A stretch of 63,078 nt of DNA, filler included, from Octopus bimaculoides (lineage: Eukaryota): the NCBI RefSeq assembly GCF_001194135.2. It is 5 parts of 5 records of this genome, joined end to end, with 100 filler letters (N's around TTAATTAATTAA, not from the genome) between each part and the next. Parts side by side here need not be neighbours in the genome. Positions count along the whole stretch, not along the records: positions 30,199 to 45,316 come from NC_068989.1; positions 45,417 to 63,078 come from NC_068996.1; 3 more parts are not named here. One strand, given 5' to 3'. Numbering within the stretch: position 1 is the stretch's first letter; every line of letters starts with the position of its first letter. Under the pieces are notes generated by a model. The model had not been told where the DNA came from. It saw only the letters and a list, made by a program, of their open reading frames with translations, and did no database searches. The position numbers and the translations under genes were made by a program. Shown piece after piece: positions 36,751-50,199 of this stretch.

Positions 36751-37698
36751 ATTTTGAGTATTCAAAGAACACATTTTGACATTCAAACTATATTTTGTTT
36801 TTAGTTTTTGCAGTGCCCTTGGATAATTATGGTTTCTAGCATTCATTAATGAATTAGAATTATCTATGCTATCAATTGCTACTATTTATCTCATTTATTA
36901 ATTTTCAATATTGCATAATACATATATTGTTTGATAGTCTAAAAGTAACGCACCATTACAAGTTGCTATTTTTCTATTTATAGACATAAATAACCGGTCC
37001 TAAGATATTCATGACCACATTATCTCGACAAAAATATTGTGTTAAGAACACATTGTACAAAGACAAACTATATTCTACAATATTACGAGCAATACTTATA
37101 TTTTTCTCCCCAGACATATAATACATTTTATTAAGCAATTGCATTTATTTTTTGAAACATATTTATTTCTTTCCGTTCAATATTTTGTTTTCAAAATAAG
37201 ATCTGTTTGTTTGTTTGCTTATAGAATCAAATATTATTCTGTGATACTTATACGCCAATTAAAACTTATAATCAGTATAAAGTTATGCATTGTCATGTAC
37301 ATACGATACCACGTCTTGTTTAACATTTGTTACTATTTACATTTGAAATCGCTCCGGAATTTTATGAGTTTTCGGAATTATTCAAATATTTCATTACGAA
37401 TCAGTTTTATTTATCTATTTCAATAAATAACAGAATATAAATAGATCATTGTTCATTGAAGATCTTCAAAGAAGCACACTGTAATATAATAAACAGTTTG
37501 CAACCAGCGCATAAATAAATATATTAAAAAAATATAATTTAATGGGATAGTAAATCAATATAGTTGACGAACTCAGACACACAGACACGATCGTCAACAA
37601 GCACACACTTACACATTGACATATATATTTATGAATATATATATAAGCAATATTAATTCTCTAAATGAAGTATTAACAGTAACTGCACGATAAAGTGT

Positions 37699-37840
37699 AG
37701 TATATTGCCACTTAAGTGTGGCTGACCCCTAGGGGTGGATGTTAGTGTTGCTTTTAGCCCCAGGAGGATGTCCTTCTGGGGCTAAAAGCAACAGTAACAT
37801 CCACCCCTAGGGGTCAGCCACACTTAAGTGGCAATATACT
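37699..37840. repeat. 142-bp near-perfect palindrome at a contig end
   Basis: 70-bp arms, 2-nt centre (tg), two mismatches; ends exactly at gap 37841. Confidence 0.95.
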
Positions 37841-37975
37841 NNNNNNNNNNNNNNNNNNNNNNNNNNNNNNNNNNNNNNNNNNNNNNNNNNNNNNNNNNNN
37901 NNNNNNNNNNNNNNNNNNNNNNNNNNNNNNNNNNNNNNNNNNNNNNNNNNNNNNNNNNNNNNNNNNNNNNNNNNN

Positions 37976-38008
<33 letters not shown>

Positions 38009-40282
38009 TGTGTGTGTGTGTGTGTGTGTACACATATATGTATTATTATTATTATTATTAGTTATATTGTGAGTAAAAGTATTTACTCACAATAGCTTTT
38101 CTTTAGCAAGCCTTCATTCTTGTGCATGTATCTATATACTGTTGCCTTGGTTGAGATGTCATTGCACTAAATCATCTCTAGTTGTGAATGTGTTTCTCAA
38201 ATTGAAATTAATGTGAAGTGTTTTCCCTCTGGAATTTCAAAGTATAACTCATGTGATATACAGCTTTCTCAACTATAATACGAATACATTAATGCATTTT
38301 GGATATTCATTATAACATTAGTAAAACAGTAATAATATATTTAAGGTCTAGACGACTTGGAAACTTTAGTGCACAAGGAACTTTATATATGTGCGCTTGA
38401 GTTTCTGTGTGTATATAGTGCGTTACAGTGTTATATACGTGTTTGATTTGTATGAACAGGGCATATATTGTTTCAGGGGTATAATCAATTGCGAACTTAA
38501 CGAAAAATCTCTAGAACATAACGACACACTCGAAGAAAATATATAGCTATAAAATATCAGTTTTTTTCCCTTTCTCTATGTACATATTTAGCATGAGCGC
38601 GTATAGGTTTTTAGATCAAATACTTAGAATATATTGTAACTTTTAAGCGAATGCATCAAACGTCTCAATCGGAAAATAATTTTGAAATATTTTAAGAGTG
38701 CAATCAATTACGAATTAATTTTCCGGAACTTAGAATTCACATAAGTGAAATAAGCGAAGAAATGACATTAATGTGTCTTTCTCTCGTTTGTAATGAACTG
38801 TCTTCAATCAAAATAAAAGATATTTACACTGAGTGCAACAATGAAAAATGATATTATTAATAATGATATTCACTAGTAAACATTACTCGGGGCATTTGGG
38901 GAAAGATATCTTGTGATAAATATATAAATCCTCACATAAATATGTATGTTATGATGACGTATATCAATACATTTTTGTGAAGAATAAATTTGAGAACAAC
39001 TTGAGTATAACTTTGTTACTATCTAGCAATCAGTTCATTCAAACCGCAAAAACATATTGCTCCTAATTGTATTTCCGGAAAAAAAAAGAGGAAACATATT
39101 TAAAAAATGGTAGTTGTTATCACACAAAACTTCTGCTTTCTATATAAAATAATCACCCGCGTTTTTATTCTTTTAAATATACGAATCATAAGAGAAAACA
39201 TAAATGATTGCACACTATACAACAGCATTATGATGAAATGGATGTAAAACTAAATGACGTCTATGGATAGTAGCTTATAATAAAAAGAAACACAGAGACG
39301 CTACCGTTTTCATCTTAGTATAGTATTTAACCCAAACAAATTATAAGTATTTTAATGTACACAGATATGAGATATTTGCAATAGGAGCTCAAGATGTACT
39401 TGTGATGTAAAATTTGATAAAACACGAAATACTAAAGTGCTGTTATGCTTCAGATTTCTGTTTACAATGGTATCAACACACGATTTAACATTTTTTTGTT
39501 ATTTATTTTCCCACTATCAGCTGTCAGTGGACACAGAATAAAATAAAACATTGTAAACAGTTAGTTTCTGAAATTGCCTTAATTTATTACGGCTGTATGT
39601 CGATCGCTTATTTTCGTTAAACTAAATTATAATTAAACAATACTGCATTCTATAGCAACAAAACGAGTTGATTAACGTGTTTTAAATTAATGGAGAGCAT
39701 TGAAAAATTAGGTTTGATGAGTGTGGGACTAACTAACTTGTAATATCTGTTTTGAAACATTTACGTAACAGTTTGAAATATCGTCAAGTTCAACTCTGGA
39801 ATATCCTATCAAAGTGAATAAAATACACAGCAGCCAAGCACTAAGAAAGATTTAATAAATTCTACACATAAGCACATTCTTCTATAATCAATAACCTTGG
39901 ACTAAGCAACAGAATAGTTTTCGTCTTAGTCCTGCATAATCTTTAAATGTTCATCCAGTTCATAATATAAACGGCTTGAGTACTGAGTGAGAAAATGTAA
40001 GGCATTGTAATATTAGCTTTTGCGATTATAATTTTATATTAATTCCAAAAGATGTGGCATGTAAGTTATTTTCTTGAATATACATTCGAGAGAAAGTTAA
40101 TTCATCGAACTGTTTTTGATGAATATCGTGCTAAAATTCATTGAAATTATGCTACTCTTTAAACATTTTCCTAACGAAAATATTCACCATCACAAGATCC
40201 AAGTATTCCACTTTTTCACAAGAAAATTAGTTCGATGAGGTTTCATTATTAGTGAGAATAATAGAGTTGATATACATGCATA

Positions 40283-40545
40283 CGAGGGGTGTTCATTAAA
40301 GAATTCCTCTGATCCACTTCTCAAAGACTGAGATAATGGACATTTGGAGCAATTATTAGTCTCTCAGTACATGACCACCGCGATTGGTGAAACACTTCCC
40401 GCATCACTTTGTGCAACTGTGAATACCTCGCCTGTAGAAGTCGGTAGGTTGCATCTAGAACCAAGGCTTTACCTCGGAAATAAGTTCATCATCATCCGAA
40501 AAAATTATTCCCCCTCAAAAAAGACTTTATGTTTGGAAAGAGGTG
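40283..40545 (-). mobile_element. Mariner 3' end (transposase C-terminus + TIR)
   Basis: TA|cgaggggtgttcattaaag TIR; - strand FPNIKSFLRGIIFSDDDELISEVKPWF*MQPTDFYRRGI. Confidence 0.8.
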
Positions 40546-40732
40546 GAAGTCATATATGTAGGTATGTACATATATGTATGGATATATGCATATATCTATA
40601 TATTATTTATATTATTATATGATCGAACGCCACGCATCCTTTTGCAAGTTATATATATAAGATNNNNNNNNNNNNNNNNNNNNNNNNNNNNNNNNNNNNN
40701 NNNNNNNNNNNNNNNNNNNNNNNNNNNNNNNN

Positions 40733-40765
<33 letters not shown>

Positions 40766-40778
40766 TTAAGTTACTGGG

Positions 40779-42930
40779 TGGTACTATGGTGTTATATTTA
40801 TATTTTTGGGGGGATAATGGAGTTATGGTTATTATCATTATAGCAGTTGTTAATTAGAGGATTATTGGAGGTACTGGGTACATTTAACGTAGTTTTTTAA
40901 TATTATTATAGAATAGATCCAGTTTCTTATGTTAAAAGAAGAAATTATTCTAAAGAGATTTGGAGAAACTGAAAATCTATTTCCAATCCATTAATCTCAT
41001 CTTACTAAATAAGGCATTTATCTTCGCTAAGAATAGGACTAAGTTATCAATGAAAGAAATAAAGATTATACTTGAAGCTAGGAAGTCTATATTTCATGAA
41101 GGTAAACACTGGACCAGAAAAGATACACCACACTGTTTCGACGTACCCATGGGTGCGCAAGATTCCGCAGAGGTAACCGATTTAGTCGGGATTTACATAA
41201 TACACCAATGTAAAGAAGAATTGCCGGAATTCGAAGGTGGACTTTACCGGGAGGACGCTCTATTCTTAGTTAGGTACGTCTCCAACAGAAAACTTGAACT
41301 TTACAAAAAAAAAAAAAAGACTACACATTTTTATAAAAACCAAGGACCATCAATTACCATTGAAAAAGATAACAACTCTGTGAATTTCCTGGACGTTAAC
41401 TCCACTCTCATTACTTCCACCCACCAACCTTACCATAAACCTAACAACAATATCACATACATAAACGCACAAAGTAACCATCCATATAACATTATAATAA
41501 ACCTGACCACTAACATAAAGAAAAGAATTAATCTATTAGCATCTAATGAAGAAATATTTAACAAACATAAAAACTACTATAACCTAGCACTTAAGAAGGC
41601 AGGATATAAATATGAAGTTAAATATAATGAAAACGACAGCATCAATACTAATAATACCAAACTCTATTTTGAAACGAACAATATGTATAATATTTGTGAA
41701 CCTAAGTTACCTGACAAATTAGTACATCTAGTAAACGTATAGCTAAATCTCTCAATAATAGTCATCAACATAACATCAGCAAAAACACGGAAATATCAAC
41801 TACAATAAGCAAACTAATAAGCTTAATCAATACGAGCACCACATCCATAACTTTACTAACGGAAACAATAAAATAAATTTTAGCAATCCCCACCTTACTA
41901 AACACAATAATACTAATATTGATAAACGCAAGAATACTGACAACAAACATGAAAACTGTATAACTATAGATAAAAATAGGAATATTAAGTCAATAAACAG
42001 GAAAAGTGAAAATAATCAAAACTCACCAAATTCCTCCAATAATATATATAACCATAGAACTCATATTAATAAAGATGGGAATAGAATAGCAAAAAAGATA
42101 CCAATCACCTGTGTGAGAATAGCTGACCCTCAAACCAATCCATCATTCCAATAAAGCAATCAGCAATAATACTACTTGGATCATAATCTCTTTTGCCGAC
42201 CATCTAAAATCAAACTTTATTAGATCTATTAGAATGATAATTAATAAGCACTTCAAAATCTCTAAATGTGCTAAAATATTTAATAATAAAAAAATTAGAT
42301 TTAGATTTTCAGTTTCTCCAAATCTCTTTAGGATAATTTCTTCTTTTAACAATAAGAAACTGGATCTATCCTATAATAAACAAAACCACAATAAATGTAC
42401 CTAGTATCTCCAATAATCCTTTAATTAACAACTACTATAATGATAATAACCATAAGTCCATTCCACCCCATCATTCCCAAAAAATAGACATAACACCATA
42501 GTACCATACGCTAATTTAAATCGTAATCGTAGATACCCAAATGCCTGTGATGTAGATAGAAATTATAAAAGGAATGAAATTGCATATCAAGCAACTATTA
42601 TTACTCAGGACCCCTCTAGTTATATATACGTGGGTTGCACACAAACATTCAGTTAAATCGATAATTATAATCACAGATCTTCTTTTACGAACCCTAGAAG
42701 AAAAGAGAATAGCACAAGTTTATCCCAAAAGCATTGGCACCTCAAAAGAACCAATATTGATTTCTCCATCTCTTTGAAAATCCTATCTTTTGCCCCTCTC
42801 TTACAGAAATAATAATAGAATTTGTAGGTTATGTTTGGAAGAAAGTTACAATGTAATGAAAATAAATGGAGATTTGGTTAATACTAGGGTTGAAAAAGTT
42901 TCACATGTAAACACTTGACCAATTTCCTAT
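40779..42930 (+). mobile_element. 5'-truncated PLE of YRDD-type lineage (RT, Asn-rich insert, GIY-YIG) with inverted 5' segment
   Basis: ORF 40960-41742 FDVPMGAQDSAEVTDLVG..GLYREDAL..VNFLDV..PYHKPNN..YINAQSNHP; EN near 42570-42900 IAYQATII..YIYVGCT..NHRSSF..STSLS..WHLK..CRLCLEE. Confidence 0.9.
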
Positions 42931-43929
42931 TTATCAATCTTAACTAATTGTCCACTCTCCTCTTGTTTAGAATAGCTTTGGTATTTTTTTTAAAGATATA
43001 TCTATATATTATCTTTTTCTATGGAATAGAATTATTCATCACATTCCCTTTACATCACTATATCTTACTTTATCTTGGTACTATTTTTTCATATAAGATT
43101 TCCTCCTAACAGTTGCATGACCCACTATATATAGGGCTATCACTTTATCTATCTCTCCCTAAACCTCTTTTTCCCTCCATATGTCTGGATAAAAGAAATT
43201 ATATATTTCCTTAGTATATAATAAACCTATAATGTTTTCTTTTTTTTTTTTTATTTGCATAATGTGTCCATGTAAGCACCTCTCAACATACCTATTGTAA
43301 CTCTTACTGGTATATGTTACTTGTCACTATACCTAATAATTACATACTTTTTACCGCTGATATATGCATATACAGTACTTCCTGATGTCCTAAATGTCTA
43401 CAACTATGTCTGCATATTTAGGTACGGATCTCATATGATATCTGTGTGTGTATATCTATTGTTTTTGTGTTTGTTTACCATATGTTGGTAATATCATGTT
43501 AATATGTACGCATGTACGTATATTTTTCACATACATATATATACTATATTTTATATTGTATGCCTTTTCTCTCATTGCAACGGTATGTGTATATTTTGTA
43601 CGGTGTGGTGTTTCTTTTTTATGTATACCCCAATCATACAACAACTAGAATTCCAATATTTATATATACTAATTGTGCAAATGTGCCTCTACTCACGTGT
43701 GAGTAAATATACAAACACTCTTTTCCATATAAGATTATTTTCTCCCAAATTATACATAAATTGTTTGTACACTTATGTGCACCATCCTACCCATATCTTC
43801 TCTTATATACGTAATTCATAATACTCTTCCATTATTTGAGTACTACCCTACTACCATTGCATATCCCTCTCACATAATACTAAGCTGGTTTATTACCTCA
43901 TAATAAATTTTTATTTACACTAAAACACA

Positions 43930-45290
43930 GCTTATGATATCATCAGGATTCTTTATTGCCTGAGATAGTTTTGTGTCATCAGCGTAGCTAGTGACAGTGG
44001 CTCTCCGAGTGACCGTGGGCATGCCCAGAAGGGCCACTATGAACAGTAGTGGCCACAGGACAGCTCCTTGCGGAACACCGCTCAATATTTGCGTTTCCCT
44101 AGATAGTTCTCCATTGGCTGCAACTGTCTGACTTCTACTATTCAGGAAGTCATGCAGCCATTCTCCTAATTTACCAGCCATGCCAAGGTTCCGCAGATTG
44201 TGACATATCAAGCCATGATCAACTTTGTCAAAGGCTTTTGCAAAGTCGAGATATATCACACCAACATCTGACTGGTCAAGTAGCTGCTTCAGGACCCAGT
44301 TATAATGCTGCAAGAGCTGCGTGAGGCAGCTTCTACCTGGATGGAAACCATGCCGGGTCTCATTCAGCAAGTCATTTTCTTCTAGGAACGCAATCAATGT
44401 CCTTCAGACAATTCGTTCCATGACTTTGCTAATATGTGAAGTCAGAGAGATGGGCCTGTAGTTCCAAGCCTCTGCTCTGCTTCCACCTTTATGAATAGGA
44501 CATATGGTGCCTTCCTTAAGCTTTTTGGGAAGTTTACCACTTGCAAGGAAACTCTGGAAGATTATCCGGAATGGTCCCTCTAATTCTTGTTTACACGACT
44601 TTAGGAGGACGGCTGAGAAACCATCGGGACCAGTTGCCGAATTTGAGCTCATTTCGTTTATGGCAGCTATTACATCTTCCTCTTCAATGTCAATGTAGGT
44701 AATGCATGCAGTCTTTTTCTGCTGAGTGATATTGTCAAAAAAATCAGCTGGGTTCTTTATCTGCATGTGACTCAAAGGAGAAGTGAAAACACTCTTGAAT
44801 TGTGCACTGAGCACTTCACTTATCCATGTGGAGTCCGCAGTCAGTGAGCCATTAAGCAGGAATAGGGGTTCTATTTTATACTGTCACTTTTGCAAATCTA
44901 TAGAAAGCCTTGGGGTTTGTTTTTATGCTTTCTACTGCTCTCTTCTCCTTCTCTGCTCTCTCCTTTTCATGGAAGAGTTTGATCTTGTTTTCTTTTTCTA
45001 ACAGTGTTAGTTTTAATTTAGCCCTTTTCCTATCCTCCAGTTCTCTATTTAACTGGTTTGAGACCTTTGTTCTGTGTCTCATAAGGATTTTCCTCTCTCT
45101 GGGAATTCTATTGGCATGTTTGCTGGTCTTTCTTTTTGGAACATATTTGGCGCATATGTCTTGTATGGTTGACAGAAAATGACTTAGTTTGAGGTCATTG
45201 TCTTGTATAGACAGGCTGTCATGCCAGTTTTGATTTCGAATCTCTTTGCGAATTGACTTCCAGTCCGCCATGTGGAAATTCAGGTTGGAT
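43930..45290 (-). mobile_element. CR1/L2-group LINE ORF2 fragment, lacking its 3' end
   Basis: GPDG, PIHKGG..NYRPISLTSHISKVMERIV, HGFHPGRSCLTQLL, YLDFAKAFDKVDH, SGVPQG, YADDTK; stops shortly after YADD. Confidence 0.92.
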
Positions 45291-46258
45291 ATGTATATAT
45301 ATATATATATATATATNNNNNNNNNNNNNNNNNNNNNNNNNNNNNNNNNNNNNNNNNNNNTTAATTAATTAANNNNNNNNNNNNNNNNNNNNNNNNNNNN
45401 NNNNNNNNNNNNNNNNAGTAATAGTAACATTTTAATTAAAAATATATAAAATTACCATTTTTTGTAGTCATTTTGAATTCAAAAATTTCCAAGAAAATTC
45501 AAACAAAATTTTGATTTTTTCATTTGACTAATTCCCATTTAGAAATTAAATTAAAAATGAATGATAATCATTGCAACTTTGCCTTTTCTGGACATAATTT
45601 ACATACTGTAATTTCGGTACTGTACAGAGACAAAGTTACAAATGAATATATTTAAAGAATTTTGAAAATAGTAAAAAAAAAAAAAAAAAATGAGGATACA
45701 AATTTAATAAAATAACTTTATTTTAAATAAATTAAATCAAATTAATATTGAATAGAATATAATTACAAGTAGCATTTGCCTTTTCTAAACAGCCTTACTA
45801 CAGACTTCAGTACTGCTCATAAAGACAAAGCCACAAATAATCATATTCTATTTACTATAAAATTAATAAATAAATTAAAAATAAAGTCATTTGTAGCACG
45901 TAAATAATCAACTCCTTATTTGAAAATTTTAAAATAGTGAAAACTGACCGTTAAAATATTTGAATTTTTGTCAATTGCCTTTTCTGAACAGCCCTACTAC
46001 ATGATTCAGTACTGCTCACAAAGACAAAATAAAATAAAAATATTTTATTAAATAATCTTGGTATCAAAATAATTTATTCAAAAATGGACTTTAAAAAACC
46101 ATACTTCAAAAAATTCAGCAAAAGTTTTCCTTTTTATTATAAAAAATAATTCAGACTAATGAAAAAACATATTAGAACTCTTTGTATCGATTAGTGTTGT
46201 CTTTTATCTTTTGTTGTGCGTGCCCCTAAGAAATAGTTTGGTTCATATATGAGTAAGG

Positions 46259-47407
46259 GGCATAACTACAGATTTCTGCACCCCTAACTCTGGATGGTTA
46301 TATCTTTAAGAAAAATGGATATTTTTTAATGAAATTTTCTACGAATATGTATTATATCATGTAGATTCCGAATATACCAAATGTTTTGGGGAAATTTTTT
46401 TTAGGAGGGGATGGGTTAGGTATTTCAGAAAATTCACCGGAGTCCACTTTATTTCGTCTTAACTTTCAAGAAGATGGATATTTTTAAATGAAATTCTCTA
46501 CAAACATACCTCGGACTATGTAGATTCCAAGGACATAGGAATTTTGGGGGGAAATAATTGAGGGTTATTTTTGAGAACTGTTCCCCACTCGGTGTTGTTT
46601 CGGAACAAGTCGTCCATATTTGTTTAATTTTCTCCGTTTTGTGCATTTGTGCATCCGTAGATTTCCACACACACACACACGTAATAAAAAAATTCGAACG
46701 GGGAATTATAACATTCAATATCATGTTTATTATAAAGATTATGTAACAAATTATACTTTACACTTCTATATTTAGCTGTGCGTGTATGTTCCTTATTTTT
46801 GTTTTTGGTTTCTTCTGCCTTTCTATTAGAAACGTTTACCTGGGAATTTACTTAAAGTGAAAAAAAAATCGTATGCAACAGATAAGTTGTCTTAATAACA
46901 TATTTCTGTATACTAGATATTTAGCTGTTATTTTTAGCATAACGAGTTTTATGGTGAGGGCTTCATTTGCCTTCATTTGTCTGTTTGTTGCTTCAGTGGA
47001 AATCTACGGATGCACAAACACACTAACGGAGAGGAGGAGGCAAATGTGGACTGCTTGTTCCGAAATACTCCCGAGTGGGGAACAGTTCTCAAAAATAACC
47101 CCCAATCATTTTCCCCCCAAATTCCTATGTCTTCGAAATCTACATAGTCTGAGGTATATTTGTAGAAGATTTCATTAAAAAAATATCCATTTTCTTGAAA
47201 GTTATTACGAGTTGAAGTGGAGTCCGGTGAATTTTCCGAAATTCCCCAGCCTACCCCTCCAAAAATACTTCTCCCCCAAAAGTTTGTATATATGGAATCT
47301 ACATGATATATCACACATTCGTAGAAAATTTCATTAAAAAATATCAATTTTTCTGAAAGTTATGATCATCGAAATTGGGCTGAGGGGCAGAAATCTGAAG
47401 TTATGCC
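46259..47407. repeat. About 410-bp inverted repeat pair (46259-46670 / 46995-47407) with internal sub-repeats
   Basis: ggcataactacagatttctgc / gcagaaatctgaagttatgcc; gagaactgttccccactcgg / ccgagtggggaacagttctc; each arm has two copies of a motif ending tgtagattcc. Confidence 0.9.
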
Positions 47408-48063
47408 TGAGTAGTGTCCCTTTTATATCACGCAAAAATTGATAAAAATTTCAGAATTAATATTAAATGTCTTTTTTTCTAATGGATAAAATTTTACGAA
47501 ACCTTTACCAATATATTCCTTTAACATTTCTCTTTCATATTAATATCAATATAATAATTCTTAATCAAAATTAAAAGAATGGTGTGGGTTCAAAGTGTCG
47601 ATGTCGGGCGTTACTACCTGTCAGTCAACCAGTTTGGTCTATACATTTTTGCTCTTAACCTTTGTTCCACTGCACCAGATTTTAAGTATTTCATGTCTAA
47701 ATGTAGCATATCACTAGTCAAACATAGTTTTAAAAAACTAAATTTGATTTCGATTAAACCTAAATTAGTGAGACTGCATAGAAGACGTCGACTGCAACAA
47801 AAAAAGCTACGTTAAGAATATTATTCAACTACTATTAAAAGTGAAACAATATAAAAGTGAAACTATAACTTACTCCGTCGAAGGTTTCACTTTTATTCTT
47901 CGGGTTTCGAGACATAATGCAGAAACAGTGCCAATGTTGCATTGTTTTAATCCCCCAAAAGTACATGCCGACACTCCTGGGGTCTCAAAGTATTACCATG
48001 TAAAATTTGATTTGATTTGGTTGAGCCGCTTGAGAATGCATTGGGAACAGACAGAGATACAAA

Positions 48064-48116
<53 letters not shown>

Positions 48117-48360
48117 NNNNNNNNNNNNNNNNNNNNNNNNNNNNNNNNNNNNNNNNNNNNNNNNNNNNNNNNNNNNNNNNNNNNNNNNNNNNNNNNNNNN
48201 NNNNNNNNNNNNNNNNNNNNNNNNNNNTGTGGAAGAGCGTAGGCTCGAAATGTTAAAGACTTTTTCAATTCCCGAGCGTTATACTAATACATCTATTTGT
48301 CTTCTATACCACCTGTCTTCGTCAGTTGCTTTTTTTTGTGAATTCTCCCTATATTACCGT

Positions 48361-48396
<36 letters not shown>

Positions 48397-48757
48397 TTAT
48401 AATATAAATAAATTGTTAGATTGTCGATCGTATTTCTCTTGTTAATTTATTGCTTATACATATATATCACGTGATAGGGTGTTATCAGACATCTTCATTC
48501 TGTCGGTTTTATCTCGTTGGAGAAAGATGTGGCTTGCTCCTCGCAGTACCGGAACATCTCATGAGGCTGGTGATTTCGTGTGGATATTTGAGTTATATTT
48601 TTTAGCTCCTAATTCTGGCAATTTCAGGTGCTATTTACACCCTTATTTATGTATTTTACCTTTTTGATTTTTAATTCCTATATCCACCTACATTATAATG
48701 CATTTAGTATATCATAATATATTAATCATTATATCTTACTGTATTTTTATATATATA

Positions 48758-49287
48758 CACGAAGGGTTACCTAAAAGTAACCGGAAACGTTCTCTGTGGG
48801 ACAAATCCGTTTTAGTTCAGGCTTCCGCCGCTAGATTCGACCCTCAAGCATAAGTCTGCCGACTGGCGTCGTCTCGTCCGGTGGGGTCGTACTTTCATGT
48901 GGTCCGTCTTTGTTTGTCAGTGCTTCTCTCCTGTTCGATGGCTGAAACGAAGGAACAGCGTGCTTCTGAGAAATTCTGTTTTATGCTGGGGAAAACAGTG
49001 GCTGAAATAGTTGTCATGTTTCAATAACTTACAAAGACGCTGCCATGAGCAAAACACAAGGTTACGACTGGTCACTTGTCGCTTGAAGACCAATCTCGTT
49101 CAGGACGACCGTCGACCTCCTGAACGAATGAAAGCATCACGAAATATCATGAACTGATCTTGGAGGACCGTTACCGAACAATTGACGAACTTATTGATGT
49201 GACTGGTATGTCCTGGAGCTCCTGCCACGAATTTTGCGCGAGGAATTGAGTGAAAAGAGCTGCAGTAAGATTTTTGCCTCGTTTGCC
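48758..49287 (+). mobile_element. Mariner 5' half (TIR + transposase N-terminus), decayed
   Basis: ATG 48938 MAETKEQRASEKFCFMLGKT..; SLEDQSRSGRPSTS; LILEDRYRTIDEL; FLPRL. Confidence 0.88.
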
Positions 49288-49359
49288 GACGGGGCAAACA
49301 TAAACACACACAGACACAGGCAGACACACACACACACACACAAGAATCTTCTTTCAGCT

Positions 49360-49640
49360 TCTTATTTCTTTATTGCCCACAAGGGGCTAAACACAGAAGG
49401 GACAAACAAGAACAGACAAACGGTCAATTATATCGACCTCAGTGCGTAACTGGTACTTATTTAATCGATCCAGAAAGGATGAAAGGTAAAGTCAAAAGTA
49501 TTTCGCCCGGAGTGCTAACGTTTCTGCCAGCTCGCCGCTTCTTTCAGATTCTGTCTACCAAATCCACTGACAAGGCTTTGGTTGGCCCGGGTCTACAGCA
49601 GAAGACATCCTTCGAAGGTGCCACGAAGTGGGAATGAAAC
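49360..49640 (-). mobile_element. SINE A (49360-49538, internally deleted) and SINE B head (49541-49640)
   Basis: ttctgccagctcgccgc; ccaaatccactgacaaggctttggttggcccgg. Confidence 0.8.
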
Positions 49641-50199
49641 CCGGTGTCACTTTGTTTTCTGATAATCATATTGCATATTTATTAAACAAAAGAATAATCT
49701 TTTGATCATTGATGTTTCAAGTAGTAATAGTGTGGACACACAACTTTTGCTAAAACTTATTAAAGTTGTTCCCCTTTAACGTAATATTAGGTGAGGGAGT
49801 ATTTTTCTCATAAGTTGTTCCCTTGATGCTACAAATGCGATTAGTCATTTTTTTCTGTTAATATCAGTCGAAAATTGTTACGGTTGGTTCAGAATTCATA
49901 CATTATATATATATAAAACGCCACACAACCTTGTCTACAGTAAGTTCTTACATTTATTTATAATTTCTTAGACTTCAAACTTTGCTTTCATTTTTCTTTT
50001 TATCCCTCTATAATCCACTTTGTTATTTTTTTTCATTTGTCCCCTCTCCTTCTTTGCTGTCCTCTGTCTTTCTTTCACTCCTTACTATCTTTCGTTCCTT
50101 CTCTCTTCCCCTCACTCCCTTTGTCTGTTTCCCACATCCTCTCTCTTGTCCACCTTCCCTTCTGCCTGCTTGCTCACACGTGACTACAGGCTATTTCTC

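Noticed and set aside
18946-45416. TTAATTAATTAA motif recurring four times between N runs (18990, 24603, 30143, 45361)
   Set aside because: Always 44 N + 12 bp + 44 N = 100 bp with stops in all six frames: an assembly spacer, not biology. Long-range arrangement across these joins should not be interpreted.
47880-47995. Minus-strand gagac...gtctc-GAAA stem as a hammerhead
   Set aside because: No CUGAnGA box in the required position.
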